Of a DNA stretch of 64,000 nucleotides, positions 49,311 through 62,469 are shown one piece after another. Origin of the DNA: Camelus ferus (lineage: Eukaryota). The stretch covers positions 59,892,001-59,956,000 of the forward strand of contig NC_045701.1 of assembly GCF_009834535.1 (NCBI RefSeq), read 5' to 3'. Below the pieces are notes generated by a model. The model was not told the DNA's origin, ran no database searches, and worked only from the letters and a program-made list of their open reading frames with translations. A program made the translations under genes and the position numbers. Every line of letters starts with the position of its first letter. Positions within the stretch are counted from its first letter, which is position 1.

Positions 49311-52300
49311 TCTATGTTGCCTGATGTTTATGACCACGTCTCTGTCGCTCCCTATACCTCTCCTTATCCATACCCACCACTATGCATACATTCATATAAA
49401 CAAGAATGTCAGTAAGGAGCCTGGGTTGTGGAGTATGAAAGAATCAGTCAAGTCCATCTAGTAATTTATGGGTTCTTATACTCTTGTAGAGAAATAGAAA
49501 ATATAAAAGTTATATATGCATATAACTTCAAGGGTTTTAGTCCTTTAAAATTCAAAATATGCAAGCAGGTAAAGTCTGAGGAAAAGGGCAGTAGCCTGTG
49601 AGCTTGCACACACGTGCTCATTTGCCTTCTGGCATGTGTCTTAGAATAACATCCTTATTTTATTTAATCTCATACTCTAGACAGGCAAATGCATGGGCAA
49701 TGTTTAACGGAGTCGTTGCTCTGCACCTTATAACTGTATACAGGAGGCTACGGAAACTGGATCGCTCTCTCAGGATGCCATTACAGCCAAGCAGAATCTC
49801 ATTAAAAATCAATTCCTCAGGTCCATAAAGCCAGTTTATTTTATCTTCCTGGAGTGCCTGCTGCTAGCCGTTACACAGTTCCATTGTGTGGCAGTCTTGT
49901 CTGTGAAGAACATTGCACAAAACAGCCATTTAAAGATTTTCCACTTTTATGTTAAACTTTATAATTTTGCAGTAGTTTAAGTTTACGGGGTTTGAGTCTC
50001 AGGCTTAGGGTATCTTGTTACACGTGTTAGAAGCAGCATTGCCGGCCCTAGGTCTCACTAATAAAATATTTGCCTTTATAAAATAGATGTTGTCCGATGT
50101 GAATGTGCAGATTTAATTGGATAGCAGGGGCTCCAGAGCTAAGAATGTCTGACTTGGTCAATTTCTGCAACTTCTCACCCGTTCCTGCTTTCTGACTGTT
50201 GAGTTGTCCCTGTGGCCTCCGCACACACAAACATCAGGTAGGGAATTTGCTCTCTGTACTGATTTTAATTCAAGTATCTCTATACATTCTAGAAATCAGT
50301 ATGTATGGGCCAAATTTTATAAATGGGGAGTTGAAAGCACATAGAGATTTAGTGACCTGGACGGGTCACACCCTGAATGAGCAACAGAGGCGGAAGAAAT
50401 CGGAGAGGCTGCTCTGGCCTCATCTGGAATCTTTTAACTCTTTTGACCCCCTTCAGCGATTTAGGGGCGGGTGGATTTCAAAGATCAGTGAACTTTTTGG
50501 AGCAGCGCTTGGCAATGAAACATAGGGGCTTGGATTCCTTAGCTTCTAGCTATTCCAGGATGCAGGCTCAGTTTGCATTTTCGAAGAAAGGATTCTGTGT
50601 TGAGAGGAGAATAAGGAGGATGGAGAAGTGGGAGCTGGGCTGGGATTAGACTAGGAAGAGGGCTGAGATCAGTACAGAATCCAAGTGCTCCTTTCTCGTA
50701 TGTTGGGGACTACATAAGCATATCATTAAAAAAGAAAAAGGTTAGAAGTTGACATTGGAAGGAACCAAGTCCAAAGTCAACCTCAATGTGATCTTTTAAA
50801 AAATTTCCGTGGAAAGTGACAGGATTCTCCTCAGTTATAAACTCTTGCAACTTTGGCAATTGCCTTTCAAGAAACCATCCCTGGGCATTCTCCAAGATGC
50901 CTTACGTGGAACCCTATAGCTATAAGATGGTAATTGGTGTTTGAACAAAAAAGAGATATTTGTTCAAATACATTTGCATAGTTTTGCAACATTTGACCTC
51001 ATTCCTGGAGATTTATAAGCATATAAGCATGTCGAAGGCTCTGAAAAGTCCTGCAGAGAATAAACCTTATTTGAACTCGTCTGACCATTGACCTTCCGCG
51101 CATTGCAGCAGAACAACTACTAAAAAATAAATACTAATCAAAACTAAAATATAGCATCTCATGAAAATAGAAATAGTCTACAGAAGATATTTCAGGGGAA
51201 TGACAAATCCTTCAGCATTAAAACAAAAAATTAGTCCTATGCCCAGACTGCTGCAAAAATTTCCATCAAAATCCCAAGCCACAGAATTCTATCACTGGAA
51301 AGGAATCCAGTGGTTAGTCCAAAAGCCTCATTTTACAGAGGAGGAGGCACAAAACATTAAGTAACATATCTGTCATATGACAGAAAAGTGACCATCCCCA
51401 GCATCTCCACCTCCCAAGCCAGTTCTCATCTGTCACCGCCCTGTCACTCAAAGATCTTTAATACTCCCCCATCTAAAAATCATCTATGAAGAATAATTTT
51501 CATCTGGGCTTGAAAACACAAAACTGAAATGTTGCTCCATCAGTGTTCTGTGCTAATGTTTGCCTAGGATGAACCTAGGCTAAGAGCATTGAGAGCTTGA
51601 AAGAAGGATGCTACAGGGTGGGGAAGAGTTTTAAAGATTCCTAATGCTTTCCGAAATATTACAGATGCAGAAAGTATGCAGTGTCCAGTAAACATTGAAG
51701 CTGCTTAAGGCCAGCAGGTGAGAAAGTTTTCAAATGCAAGGAATGTTTGAGGGTGCAGAAAAGGTGGAGTTTGTTGCAGGGAAACGCTACCACTATCGCT
51801 ATGGGGAGAATTACTCACCAGTCTTTGAACCAGTGGCTTGATGCAGTGCTGGAACAGGGATGGAGGGGGAAGGCAGATGGAGATGGATCTTCTGAAGGAC
51901 CAGAAAAGGAATGGTCTTGTAAGAAAGTGTAACTAGAAACAGCTTTCTATGCCGGAGTCATCTATAAACCTGCTATTCCCCATATTTGTGTATATTTTAT
52001 ACTACTGAAAATTGGCATGAGTCTGTGTACATTAAAAAAAAAAAAAACCTGAATCTGTGAACTTTGCTCGAGAAGGAGGTGAGGAGGTGGGGGATGGATG
52101 GTGGGGAACAAGAAACACATTTTTGAAGGAAAAACAAAAACCTGATTCCTTGGTCTGGGTGGTGAGGGTGGGGTTGAAGTGAATCTTCAACCAAGCTGAG
52201 TCTAAATTGACTTTTATTTGGAACTCTCCCCTGGCAATGTTTTATCACAGTATGGTTTCCATTCTTGGCCGAGAGAAAGAACTGAGGTGGAATGGAACTG

Positions 52301-54360
52301 GCTCTGTCTAAGCTCTGACAAGACAGTCATGATAATGGAAGACATCTTTTCCCCATAACTTTGAAAAACAGGAAAGCAGATATTGGCTCTGAGTATGTCT
52401 GATGGCCTAACTTTATTTCCTGTCAACAGAAATAACTCTGATTTATACTTGGTCATCAAGTTCACACACTCACATACGGCTCACATTGAGAGAGCACAGA
52501 GAGATGTAATACGCAGAGCCGTGATGTATGCCTGTCCGGCAGAGCATCCTGGTCCAAAGGAGACCTCAGGGGCTGAGAAAGACACTTCAGTATTCTCACT
52601 CTCCTAACACTGTATCACCCGGTGCGTCCTTCCAGTGAGCTATATTAGACGGGCTTCAGATGAGCTACGTGTCAGCTTTGATCTCCGAGCCCTTCACCTC
52701 CGCTCTTTGTGATCCAGAAGGTTGGTTGGCCTGCATCCAGTCATTACAGTGAGATGCTGAAGGCTGAGAGGCTGATCTGTGCTAGCATCTGGCACATTGT
52801 TTTATTCTTCTAATATCTGCGTACCTCAGAGGAGTGAGAGAATTTTTAAAATTCCATTTCCATCTCAAAATTGATCGATGGTCCAGGCAGTAGGAATTGA
52901 GTGAATATACCTTTTCAGTTAATGCTATCTTATGTCATCTGGTTTTGAATTCAGAAGCATTCCTTCCACCACCCTGTTGTTATGTCCTGTAAGTCATTGA
53001 ATTTAAGATGCCATCAATCATAACATGAACTATTATTTTATGTACCACTATGAGAAAATGCTGCCAATTAAAAGAGCAACTAATAATTCCTTACAGTTAA
53101 GTTTTTATATTTTATCCTTATGAAAGGGATTCTTTTATATTTATTTAGATAGTTTTATTATGGATTCCTCTTGTGCAGACATAAAAAGGAAAGTATATGA
53201 AATAAATAAATTGGCTATGTTCCTCCTGAAACTTTTTCACATTCCGAGCCCAATTCTCCCAAAACCCTCTAGGGACAGATTCTTCAATGTGTTATTATCC
53301 CAATGCTATGTTTTGCCGCAGACTATGATAACAGTGCAGCACAGCGACAATGACATCATGACTGTGGCCTGGCTGGCAGTGAGTCTAAGTGACAGCAATT
53401 GTAAGAAGCTATGGACAGTGAGAAGCCAGGAAATTGAGACACATCCTGTTTCAGAGATGTTACAGTGTGGTGGTGGGGGAGGTACGTCTTAGAATGGAAG
53501 AAATATGGTGTGCTTCAGTCTCAATGCACAGTACCAGATTCAAGTACACAAAATTTAGAAATATTTTACAAAAATTTCTATTCTTATTTCTGAGGTTCAA
53601 ACATCAACCTCAGAAAAGAATGCAAAGTTTAAAATCATCCATCACTGAATTGCTGTTTCATTGTACACAATTCACAGGATGCTAAATCAGCATACTTATT
53701 TTGCATCTAGAGAGACTCCAGAGGCTTTCTTCTTAAACAAGTGGCCATGGACAGGGCTTATCTATTAACCTGTTAAGAGTGTGAGGCAAGTTCGTATAGT
53801 TCCTGGGAAAGGTGCCTGTCACTATTTATTGGCCTTTCATTGTAAAAAAAAATCTAATTTCTAATACATAATGAAAATGTCTAATAAGAATTACATATTC
53901 ATGCCCATCTGGCAAAATTGTTTGGTGAAAATAAGAATAGTTGCAGCCTTTTTCATTTTTTTTGTGCCTAAGTTTACAAGAAAGTAGATGATATATACTT
54001 TTTCAACATTAGCTTCAAGAATCTTTTTTATGCCATAGTTCTAAAATAAATGCAGGATTTTTAGAAGAGAAAACCTTAAATTGGTAGTAACTCAAAGAAT
54101 TATATCTGAAGGAACTATTCTAGATTATTTGAATACAAATTAAACATTCCAGTTTCTTTTTTGATAGATTAATTGGAACGTATTAAAGTTCACAGAATTA
54201 TTTGGAAATTTACATTTGTATTTTATTTACTCTAGGGAACTTTAATTTCACAAATGAATGTTCCACATGAGCATTACACAATCACATAAAAGCAGATTTT
54301 TTTTCCTTCCCACCTGCGTTAGGCCCAGAGGTAGTTAAATGCTGGCGATTCTGTCTCCGT

Positions 54361-54376
54361 CCAGCAGAGGGTAGTA
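54361..54376 (+). promoter_or_regulatory. Candidate CTCF site
   Basis: CCAGCAGAGGGTAGTA is one mismatch from CCASYAGRKGGCRSYA, in a local CpG-retaining patch. Confidence 0.45.
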
Positions 54377-55189
54377 GTGCACATCTTTAGACGAGGGGTT
54401 CCCAGTTCAGATTGGACGAGCATCAACCTGGGAAACCGTACACCGCGTTCTGTTTCTCTTGAGTCAGGCTCGGGTCGCAGCCCTTGACAGGGTCAGCAAA
54501 GTCACAAGGAGCTGGCTTCAGGTGGCCAGGTGGCAGAATTGAAGACTCCTCTTCCCAGTCCTGAGGGATGTTCTCCCTCAGCCTGGGGTGTGCAATATAG
54601 GAAAAATGCGAACCCTTGTGACATGCAAAGGATCTGGGACCAAACCTCACTGCTTGGCTACTTGAGTTCACCTGTGGCAACAAAGTCGAGGAAATGTGGT
54701 TAAAATGCGACTCATTCCCTTCCCAAGATTTATGCCCTTAGGTTGCATTTCCTCTTGTTCTCTGCTCTGATGAAGGACAATGAGGAAGAGACCAGAGGCT
54801 TTGGTCCTGTAGGGACATCTTCTAATCCAAAAACTGCCTCCCCATCCCACCTATACCCAGAGCTTGGCATCCTTTATGCCGTATTTGGACAAACGACATC
54901 CCTGCCTCCTTCCATCCATTCCTCCTCTCTCAGAGGTAACCACTCTCCTAAACTGTAATTGCTTCTGGGCTTTTCTTCACAGGATGCTTCCCTCTCTATT
55001 CTGTTCCATTGTTCTAGTTGTCTATCCCTGCACTAAAATCACCCTGTTGTCTAAATTACTGAAGCTTTATCGTAGTCTTCATTTCCGGTGGGTCAAGCAG
55101 ACCTTCCCTTCCAACTCCTCACTCCTCCAACCCCTGTTCTTCCCCCCCCCCCCCCGGGGTGTCTTGTCTTAATATTCATAGAGGATGAA

Positions 55190-55570
55190 AAGTCCGGTGC
55201 CTTAGCGTGGATCCTCAGTCTGATGAGCTAGTTTGAAGCCTGGCTCTTCATTACTCTCTGTGCTGCCTTAGGTGGGTTACTTAACCTCTCTGAGCTTCAG
55301 CTTCTTCATCTGTGACACGCAGATTATGGTACACCTATTCCACAGGATGGCTGTGAGGATTACAATGTGGTAATATAGGTAGGGCACTTAGAACGTTGCC
55401 TGGAAAGCGTCGCTGTTGACTTTGACTAGCAGGGAGCTTCTGCAGTCACACTGACCTCCTGGCTGTCTCTTGCCCACCATGTCGCCTTGGACTAGTTTAT
55501 GTATTTTCCCAAACCTCTGTTTCTGTGCATGCCCAGTGAGGATAATATCAGGGTTGTTATGAAAATTAAG
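55190..55570 (+). mobile_element. MIR SINE plus an adjacent second MIR fragment
   Basis: GTTACTTAACCTCTCTGAGCTTCAGCTTCTTCATCTGT...GCTGTGAGGATTA; second CAGGGTTGTTATGAAAATTAAG at about 55549. Confidence 0.8.
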
Positions 55571-56140
55571 GGAGAAAACCAAGGGAAATTGCTTAGCAAG
55601 TTTCTGGTGAGTGCGTAACAGTTTTGTTTAAGAATTTTAACTGTATTTAATTTTAAAAGTGAATTGCCCCTTAATGCTAACAACTGTCTCTTCCTTGACT
55701 TCTTGGTATCTACAAAAACACTTGCCTGGGAATCCAAAACATTTGCCAGGGAGAAGAATGCTGGTAGTTAAGAGAAGTTTGCAAAACCACCTCTTGCGTT
55801 CTTGCAGCTTTGCTTTGCTTTCATCTTTTGGAGGTCCAGGATTCCAGGGAGGAGCAACTGCTCCTGATTCAAGGTCAAACTCTCCTTCCTAAGCCTTCCC
55901 TGGTCCCCACAGCTTGCTTTGCCGGCTTAGGGCTGACCAGGCAAAGCCATTTCTTAACGTGTTTTCCAGAATCAGAGGAAAGCTTAACATAACAAAATTT
56001 TATAGCTCCTGCCCCGTAACATATATTACTTTAGAAAAATAAAAATACCTTTCCCTTATCATGCATTATTCTTTTACATGTACCATTTTCCTGACGTATT
56101 GAAGCAATATTCCACGGTTTGCTATGACTTGGAGGTTTAT

Positions 56141-56328
56141 NNNNNNNNNNNNNNNNNNNNNNNNNNNNNNNNNNNNNNNNNNNNNNNNNNNNNNNNNNNN
56201 NNNNNNNNNNNNNNNNNNNNNNNNNNNNNNNNNNNNNNNNNNNNNNNNNNNNNNNNNNNNNNNNNNNNNNNNNNNNNNNNNNNNNNNNNNNNNNNNNNNN
56301 NNNNNNNNNNNNNNNNNNNNNNNNNNNN
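56141..56328. other. N run (188 nt)
   Basis: Directly visible. Confidence 1.
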
Positions 56329-56869
56329 GGACAACTAGTATTCCATTTATTTTTGCTTTTCTTTCTGCATATTTCTTTATGCAGGCTATTTTCATTTAAA
56401 TGGATCCTGGGGTAATTATCTGGCAGAGGAAAGCAATGTTCATTTACATTTTGCTATAGAATACTAGAGCAAGTAAAAAATTCTCTATAGAGAAACTCCA
56501 CAAAATGTAAACATTCCATTAACTTACTGCAGTTTAATAAGAAGGACACTGATTACCTTTGAGTATAAAGTAACTGTCCCCACTATCAATGAACTAATGT
56601 AACCCATCTGCAATTCATTTCTGCAGATTAGTTTATGGGGGAAAACCCAATTGCACATGTAGGTTATCCAAATGAGAACCCTAAGCTTAGCCTTTTCATG
56701 CTCTTAAAAATACATGTGCGTTCTTGGTACTCCTGATTCGATGATTTTCAAAAGTTTAGGGTGTCATCTCCATATCTCCTTTGTTTCCTCAATTATTTCC
56801 TAGACTTTCAACTGTATTGTAAGAAGTAATACGTTCAGTGGCAGGAAAATCCTGGAATCACTGGTTTCC

Positions 56870-57810
56870 TAATAATTCAATACATGTTTGAGGACACACA
56901 CAGTTGCACAGCCTGGCACTGGCGACAATAAACATAAATGAGGAAAAAGGATCCTCAGCCCTCAAAGAACTAAGTCTGAAAATGGAGGCAGATAAGCAAG
57001 GAAGCAGTTTGTAGGCAAGCATCAGGTGCTGTGAGAGAGGAAAAAGCACACAGGGAAAGTAGGCTGAGGATGGGGGTGGAGGAGGCAAGGAGGGGTTGCG
57101 GAGGACTTCACAGAGGAGAGAGGACACAAACTCTGAGCCCACGTGGTCCTCAGGATGAATAGGGAGAGTCAGGTGGTCAGGTGGATGTGCGAGACCAGTG
57201 CAGGCAAAGACATAAGGGGATGCTGGGCTCAGGCCCCTTTAAATCACTCAACATGGCTAGAATTTGGTGGAGACTTGGAGGCAAAGGGGATGGACATCTA
57301 GAGGGAGACCCTGAAGTTCCTGCTGAGGAATTTAGACCTCCTCCTGGAGGCTGTGCATAGCCATGAGAGATTGGAAGTTGAGGGTGATATGGTAAGATCT
57401 GTGTCTTGGCTAGCTCTCTGTGGCTGTGGCTGGGAATAAACTGCAGTCCAATTAGCAGGCTCCTCCAACTTCCAGATGAGAAATAACAAAGTCCCGGGCC
57501 AGGGCTGTGACAGAGAGAGACCTGATTGAAAGTGCATTTGGGATATGGAAGCAACAGGATCTGACAACCAGTTGAATGTGGGAAAAACAGAGGAGGCGCC
57601 AAGGAGGCAGTTCGGGTTTTGGGCTTGGATGATGGGGCGGGATCGATGAGTCATTTTCAGCATCTGGGACTAGCCTTGGAAGAATGGGTTTGGATTAAAT
57701 GTCAGTGAGTTTCACACTGACCACGTGGAGCTTGTGCTATTTGTAGGACATTTAGGTGTGTCCCAGAGGCAGCTGGACATGTTTGGAGAGAAGGTAGGGT
57801 GGAGATAGAG
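56870..57810 (-). mobile_element. L2 LINE, about 0.9 kb
   Basis: ATTCAATACATGTTTGAG...GCCCTCAAAGAACT...AAGCAACAGGATCTGACAACCAGTTGAATGTGGG...GAGGCAGCTGGACAT. Confidence 0.85.
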
Positions 57811-59871
57811 ATTATGCCATTTACATTTATGATGTTCAACAATGTTTTTAAAGATTCATCAAAGTGAATATTGAGCTAATTTGCCCCCTAATGGTATGAA
57901 AGATACCATCATTCAATGATTTGCAAATTATGTTGATGTAACAAGATAAAGTCTTAACCCTGAAAGCCCTGTAGGAAAAAACAAACGGAAGGAGTAAAAT
58001 GTGTTCTACCCTCTATCCTTTACTATGACTAGGAAATGATGCAGCTCTCATTTTGGATTCTTCAAAAAAAAAGTGGGATGTCTTTTACTAATTAATATCA
58101 TAACAAGAAATAATCAAGTCTTCCTTCGAGAATATTTAAGTGGCCCATTGAAATGACTATCAGTGCCTCACCCAGAGGTTATGCTTTTTTTGTAGAACAC
58201 TGTTTACTTTTGTAGAGTTCTGAGCAAAACTGAGCAAAATAGAAGGGAATATACTTCTCGCTCGTGGGTCCTGATGACTTTCTAAACGCTCATGCGTTTT
58301 GATGGCTGAGATTAATGAGACCACATAGTGTTAAGCACCTTGGACTTCCAGAACAAAGGCCTTTTAGAAGCACAAAGCATCATTATTAATGACACATCAT
58401 TTGCAGTTTTCATCAGTAATGTAAGGTTTCAGCCACTTTAATGGGACCTTAGTTAAGAGCTCAATATGGAAAGCAAGGCTATTAGGGAAGGTTCTTGACA
58501 GTAATACCTTTTGCTTCTAAGGAAAAAGATAAATCACACACTCAAATTGATCAAAAAGACAGGCTGAGAGGTTCAGAGGTGAGCCACCATCCGCTTACTG
58601 AATTTCTCAAAGGTCTTGTCATCAGTGGGTCCGCTGGCGGGCTCTGCCCTCTGCAGTGGGCTGCCTTCGCAGCCAAGATCCCCATTCTAGACACCCTGCT
58701 GGCCCAGAAAAATGCCTTGTGCTCCAAACCTCACCTTTCCCTTGGATTACCCCTCTCCTCTCCCTCTGCACCCCCAGTCCGTGTTGGGTTTCACCGCCTC
58801 AGGACTTTGCTCTGTCCAATGGCTCAGCCAAGTGCATGAAATAAAGGAATGCCACCTTGCTGTGGGAACTAATTTAGCCCTAAAGGTGAGAATCATAACG
58901 CCACATGGCAAACCAGTGGGGAAGTATTTTTTCCTGAATACTCATTGCCTGTCTTATCAGGGAAATTATGGGGGATGGTGTATAGAGTCAATGCTATTTG
59001 CAATTTTTGCAAATTCTTTACACAAAGTGCTACTCTCATGTAATATCTCTCCAGGACCTTAATGGGTTTCAGTTAGATTCATTAAGACCTTTTTTAATGA
59101 CACTTCATAAATGAGTTTGCTTTTGTGGGAGGGAAATTATGATAACTTCTCCTGGGGAAAAAAAATGAAGTTAAACATTTTTTTTAAAATGTTGTCATCT
59201 AAAATCAGTCAGCCGTTTTAGCTGCAGGGAAAAAAAATCAGAATGCAAAGAAATGCCCGATAAAAATAAAGGAAGAGGGAATTTACTGTTATTACAGTTA
59301 ACTGATGACTTATATCCAGGGGCATGTAAGGAACTGATTACACTGCAGCTCTACCAATAACTCTCTTTGGGAATTTACTCCAGATTGTTGAGATCCCCAG
59401 TGACAAGAAGAGAACAGAGATTATGAGGTAGAAAGGGTTGTGGTTATATAGTGTGAACTGTTACTTGTTACTAAAGGAAATCACAGACTGTTATTCTGTC
59501 TCTGATTTTTAACTACGGTTGTTTAGTTGATTTGATTCTGGAGATTCTTGGAAAGTCTTTCTTGTTATATTATTCTGTTTGGGGAGTTCCCGCCAACCAC
59601 ATTAATGTCTCTTTTGTTTGTGATTTATTTCACAAGCACATTTCTAGTCCTATTGTTGAGGTTCACTCTTTTCTGTCTCATTCCAGATGACAGAGCTCTA
59701 GCTAGGAGGTATTTTTTTGGACAACATGAAAATTCAAGCCCAGCTAGAATCCTACAATGCCAAACAAAATGCTACAGCACAGGAAAATATTTCACTTTTT
59801 GTTTTTAATGTTCCTGAGGTTTTTGTAGTCCAAAATACCCAGCAAATAATTGCCATTTAGAATCTGAGTAA

Positions 59872-60017
59872 GGGGGAGGGTATAGCTCAAGTGGTAGAGC
59901 ACTTGTCTAGCAGGCACAAGGTCCTGGGTTCAATCCCCAGTACCTCCTCCAAAAATAAGTAAACTTAATTACCTCCCTCCCCCAGCCAAAAAAAAAAAAA
60001 AGAAAAAAAGAAAGAAA
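59872..60017 (+). mobile_element. Vic-1 SINE, long-tail form, young copy
   Basis: Intact box A (TAGCTCAAGTGG) and box B (GGTTCAATCCC), long A-rich tail, perfect 13-bp TSD AGAATCTGAGTAA at 59859-59871 and 60018-60030. Confidence 0.9.
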
Positions 60018-60221
60018 AGAATCTGAGTAAAATGCAGAAATAGAGAAGATTGCTGCAATCACATTCTGTAGTAACTGTTAATACTGAAAATTATTAGAAA
60101 TTGACCATTTTACCAGATTCAAACAATAGTTGAAGATTGTCTCATTTGTACTACACATTGATCTTGATATAAGTTCAAATTCTATTGATTCTGTTGATAT
60201 AAGTTCAAGTTCACTTTAAGT

Positions 60222-60382
60222 TTTATTCTGAAAGATGATTTTCTTGCTGCATTATAAACCTAATAACAAATGAGCAAAGTGGTTGGTATTGGTATGTTTT
60301 TTAATGTTTGTGCCTTTAAGATCATAGTTCGAAAGAATTAAGCAAACACGATAACAAAGGAAATGCAAACATAACCTTTATT
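60222..60382 (-). terminator. Candidate TMEM30B polyadenylation signals (AATAAA at 60377-60382 and 60222-60227)
   Basis: Plus-strand TTTATT hexamers about 2.1-2.25 kb past the stop in AT-rich, 3' UTR-like sequence. The site actually used cannot be determined from sequence. Confidence 0.3.
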
Positions 60383-61513
60383 CTCTTTCAAAAACCCAGA
60401 GAACAGAGCCTGGAACCGTACTCATTGATTTAATCAGAAAACCTTAAGTTTTGTAGTCTCATTTAAAATTTTACAGCAATAGAATTAATATTGTAAAAAT
60501 GATAGCAAAAGACATGGTTGCTCTCAACTACGTAGTAAAAAAATGTGGTAAATTTTCTTATCCATCATAAAGAAGGGCTAGGCTAGTGAGCTGCTCAATC
60601 AAACATTCATAATAAATAAAAATTACTCTATATACATATGATCATATATTCATAGGCTAAAACCACAGTACGAAATCTAACAATAAAATTGTGTCACATT
60701 CAAGAGTTGGGAAGCCAATAGATAGGAATTATAAAACATTTTTTGTTTTGTGGGGCAGAATCCCTTAAATCACAACTGCTTCAAAAGATCTGAGACAGAC
60801 TTTGGTGAATATGCCTGCTGTCTATTGATGATTAATTTTCAAAGAACTAGAATAGAGTAAAATAAAATGAAAGTAAATTATTCAATACAGATCAATATTT
60901 TTGACAACTTAAAAAAAAAAAAGGAATTCAAGGTCTTGCACTGCTTCACAGGCATGAGCAAAAATTGTAGCATTTGGGAAGTAGCCATAATAGAGAACAG
61001 GCACCAAGAATTCTGATAGAAAACCAAATAACTGTTTGCTTTCAGTAAATAAACTGGTTAAGATGATCTCACTTTTTTGAGTTACTTTCTCATAAAAGTC
61101 CATTTTCTTAGAATAACTTTATAGATATGAGAATGATTCTAGAGTAGTCAGAGTTGAGCATCATCTCAAAGGTTCAAATAATTCTTAAGATTCTAGTTTA
61201 TGTAAGGCTCTATTCCTTCGCATGCATTCAAACATATTACTACAGACAAACATGCTTCATTTGAGAACATAGATTAAATTTTTTTCTTAGACCCAAGGGG
61301 AAAGGTACAAATGTAGCCCTTTCTAAGCATAAAAAAATCATTTAGATGACAGAGGACTGAGTCAGGAGATGTAGATATGACTTTAGGGAAATCACTTTCG
61401 CTTTAAGATCCCTTCCAGCTATCTTATTCTAAGGTTAGAACATCCCCTCTGAGCTATACAAACTGACCTGGTATTTTCAAACTTCTACACGGTACTTGAT
61501 TAAAAAAAAAATA

Positions 61514-61575
61514 TAATATATATATATATATATATATAGTATATATATATGTAATATATATGTAATATATGTAAA
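61514..61575. repeat. (AT)n / ATATGTA simple repeat in the TMEM30B 3' UTR
   Basis: Directly visible. Confidence 0.9.
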
Positions 61576-62066
61576 TTCCTCACACTCAAATATCAAATGA
61601 ATTGATACAAACCCCACTATACAAATCTGTATGCCAGGGAGCTGTCTTTACTCATTCGTGGAGAAGTGCCAGACCAAACCTACAGCATTCAGCTTGTCAT
61701 TGCCACTGGTAACAAATAACTACCTGAAAAACTGGACGCAGTGATTGCTTCAGGCCCAGCCTCAGACACACGAGGAAACTGGGAAGCAGGCAGTGTTCTA
61801 CTTGCTCCCTGGTTCAGGGCACTGATTCCCAAACTTGAGGCAATACAGTGGAAATCTGCAGATGGGTCTCTTAAAACTGCAGCTTGGAGGATCTCACTGC
61901 AGCCTTGCTGTGTTAGAATCTCTGGGGATGAGGCCTCCTCATCTACCTAACATTTTTAACCAGTATGTTCTCCCCAACCCCTCCATGCCTCTGCAGGTTA
62001 CTTGGGGGCTTCACTCTCTACCTCAAACCGCCCCCACCCCCAACGCCTGCTAAAAGAAAAGAAAAC

Positions 62067-62185
62067 CACTGTGCTGTGGTGGTTAAATCTCTAGAGTCAG
62101 GAGCTAAGGAGTAGCTGCTAGATCTCTAACGAGATGTTTAACTTCTCTGGTCTGTCTCTTATCAGATGGGAATTGAATAAGAGGA
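62067..62185 (+). mobile_element. MIR fragment within the TMEM30B 3' UTR
   Basis: GTGGTGGTTAAATCTCTAGAGTCAG...TTTAACTTCTCTG...ATCAGATGGGAAT. Confidence 0.5.
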
Positions 62186-62469
62186 GTCTCTAACCGTCCC
62201 TTCTGCTCTCAAAGAACCTAGCGTGTCAACTCGGTAAATCCTGAAGGACGTGGGGACAATTTGCAGGGACTTCTCACTCTAGCAGTTCGAACACCCCGGA
62301 AGAGTCCAGAAGCTCCCAGTTGGGTTTAACTCCCCTCTCTCTGGTCCCCTAATCCACAACAGGAGGCGAAGTGAGGCAAGGTTGGAACTGGGTGAGAGTC
62401 GAGAGGGAGAAGCCAAAAGAAGCTTGCAAGACAATTTTGGCAAGAAGCAGAAAGGATACTCTGAAAGCA

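Noticed and set aside
60079-60086. miR-200b/c/429 8mer site (CAGTATTA on the minus strand)
   Set aside because: A single site beyond both AATAAA candidates, so possibly outside the mRNA; expected by chance in AT-rich DNA.
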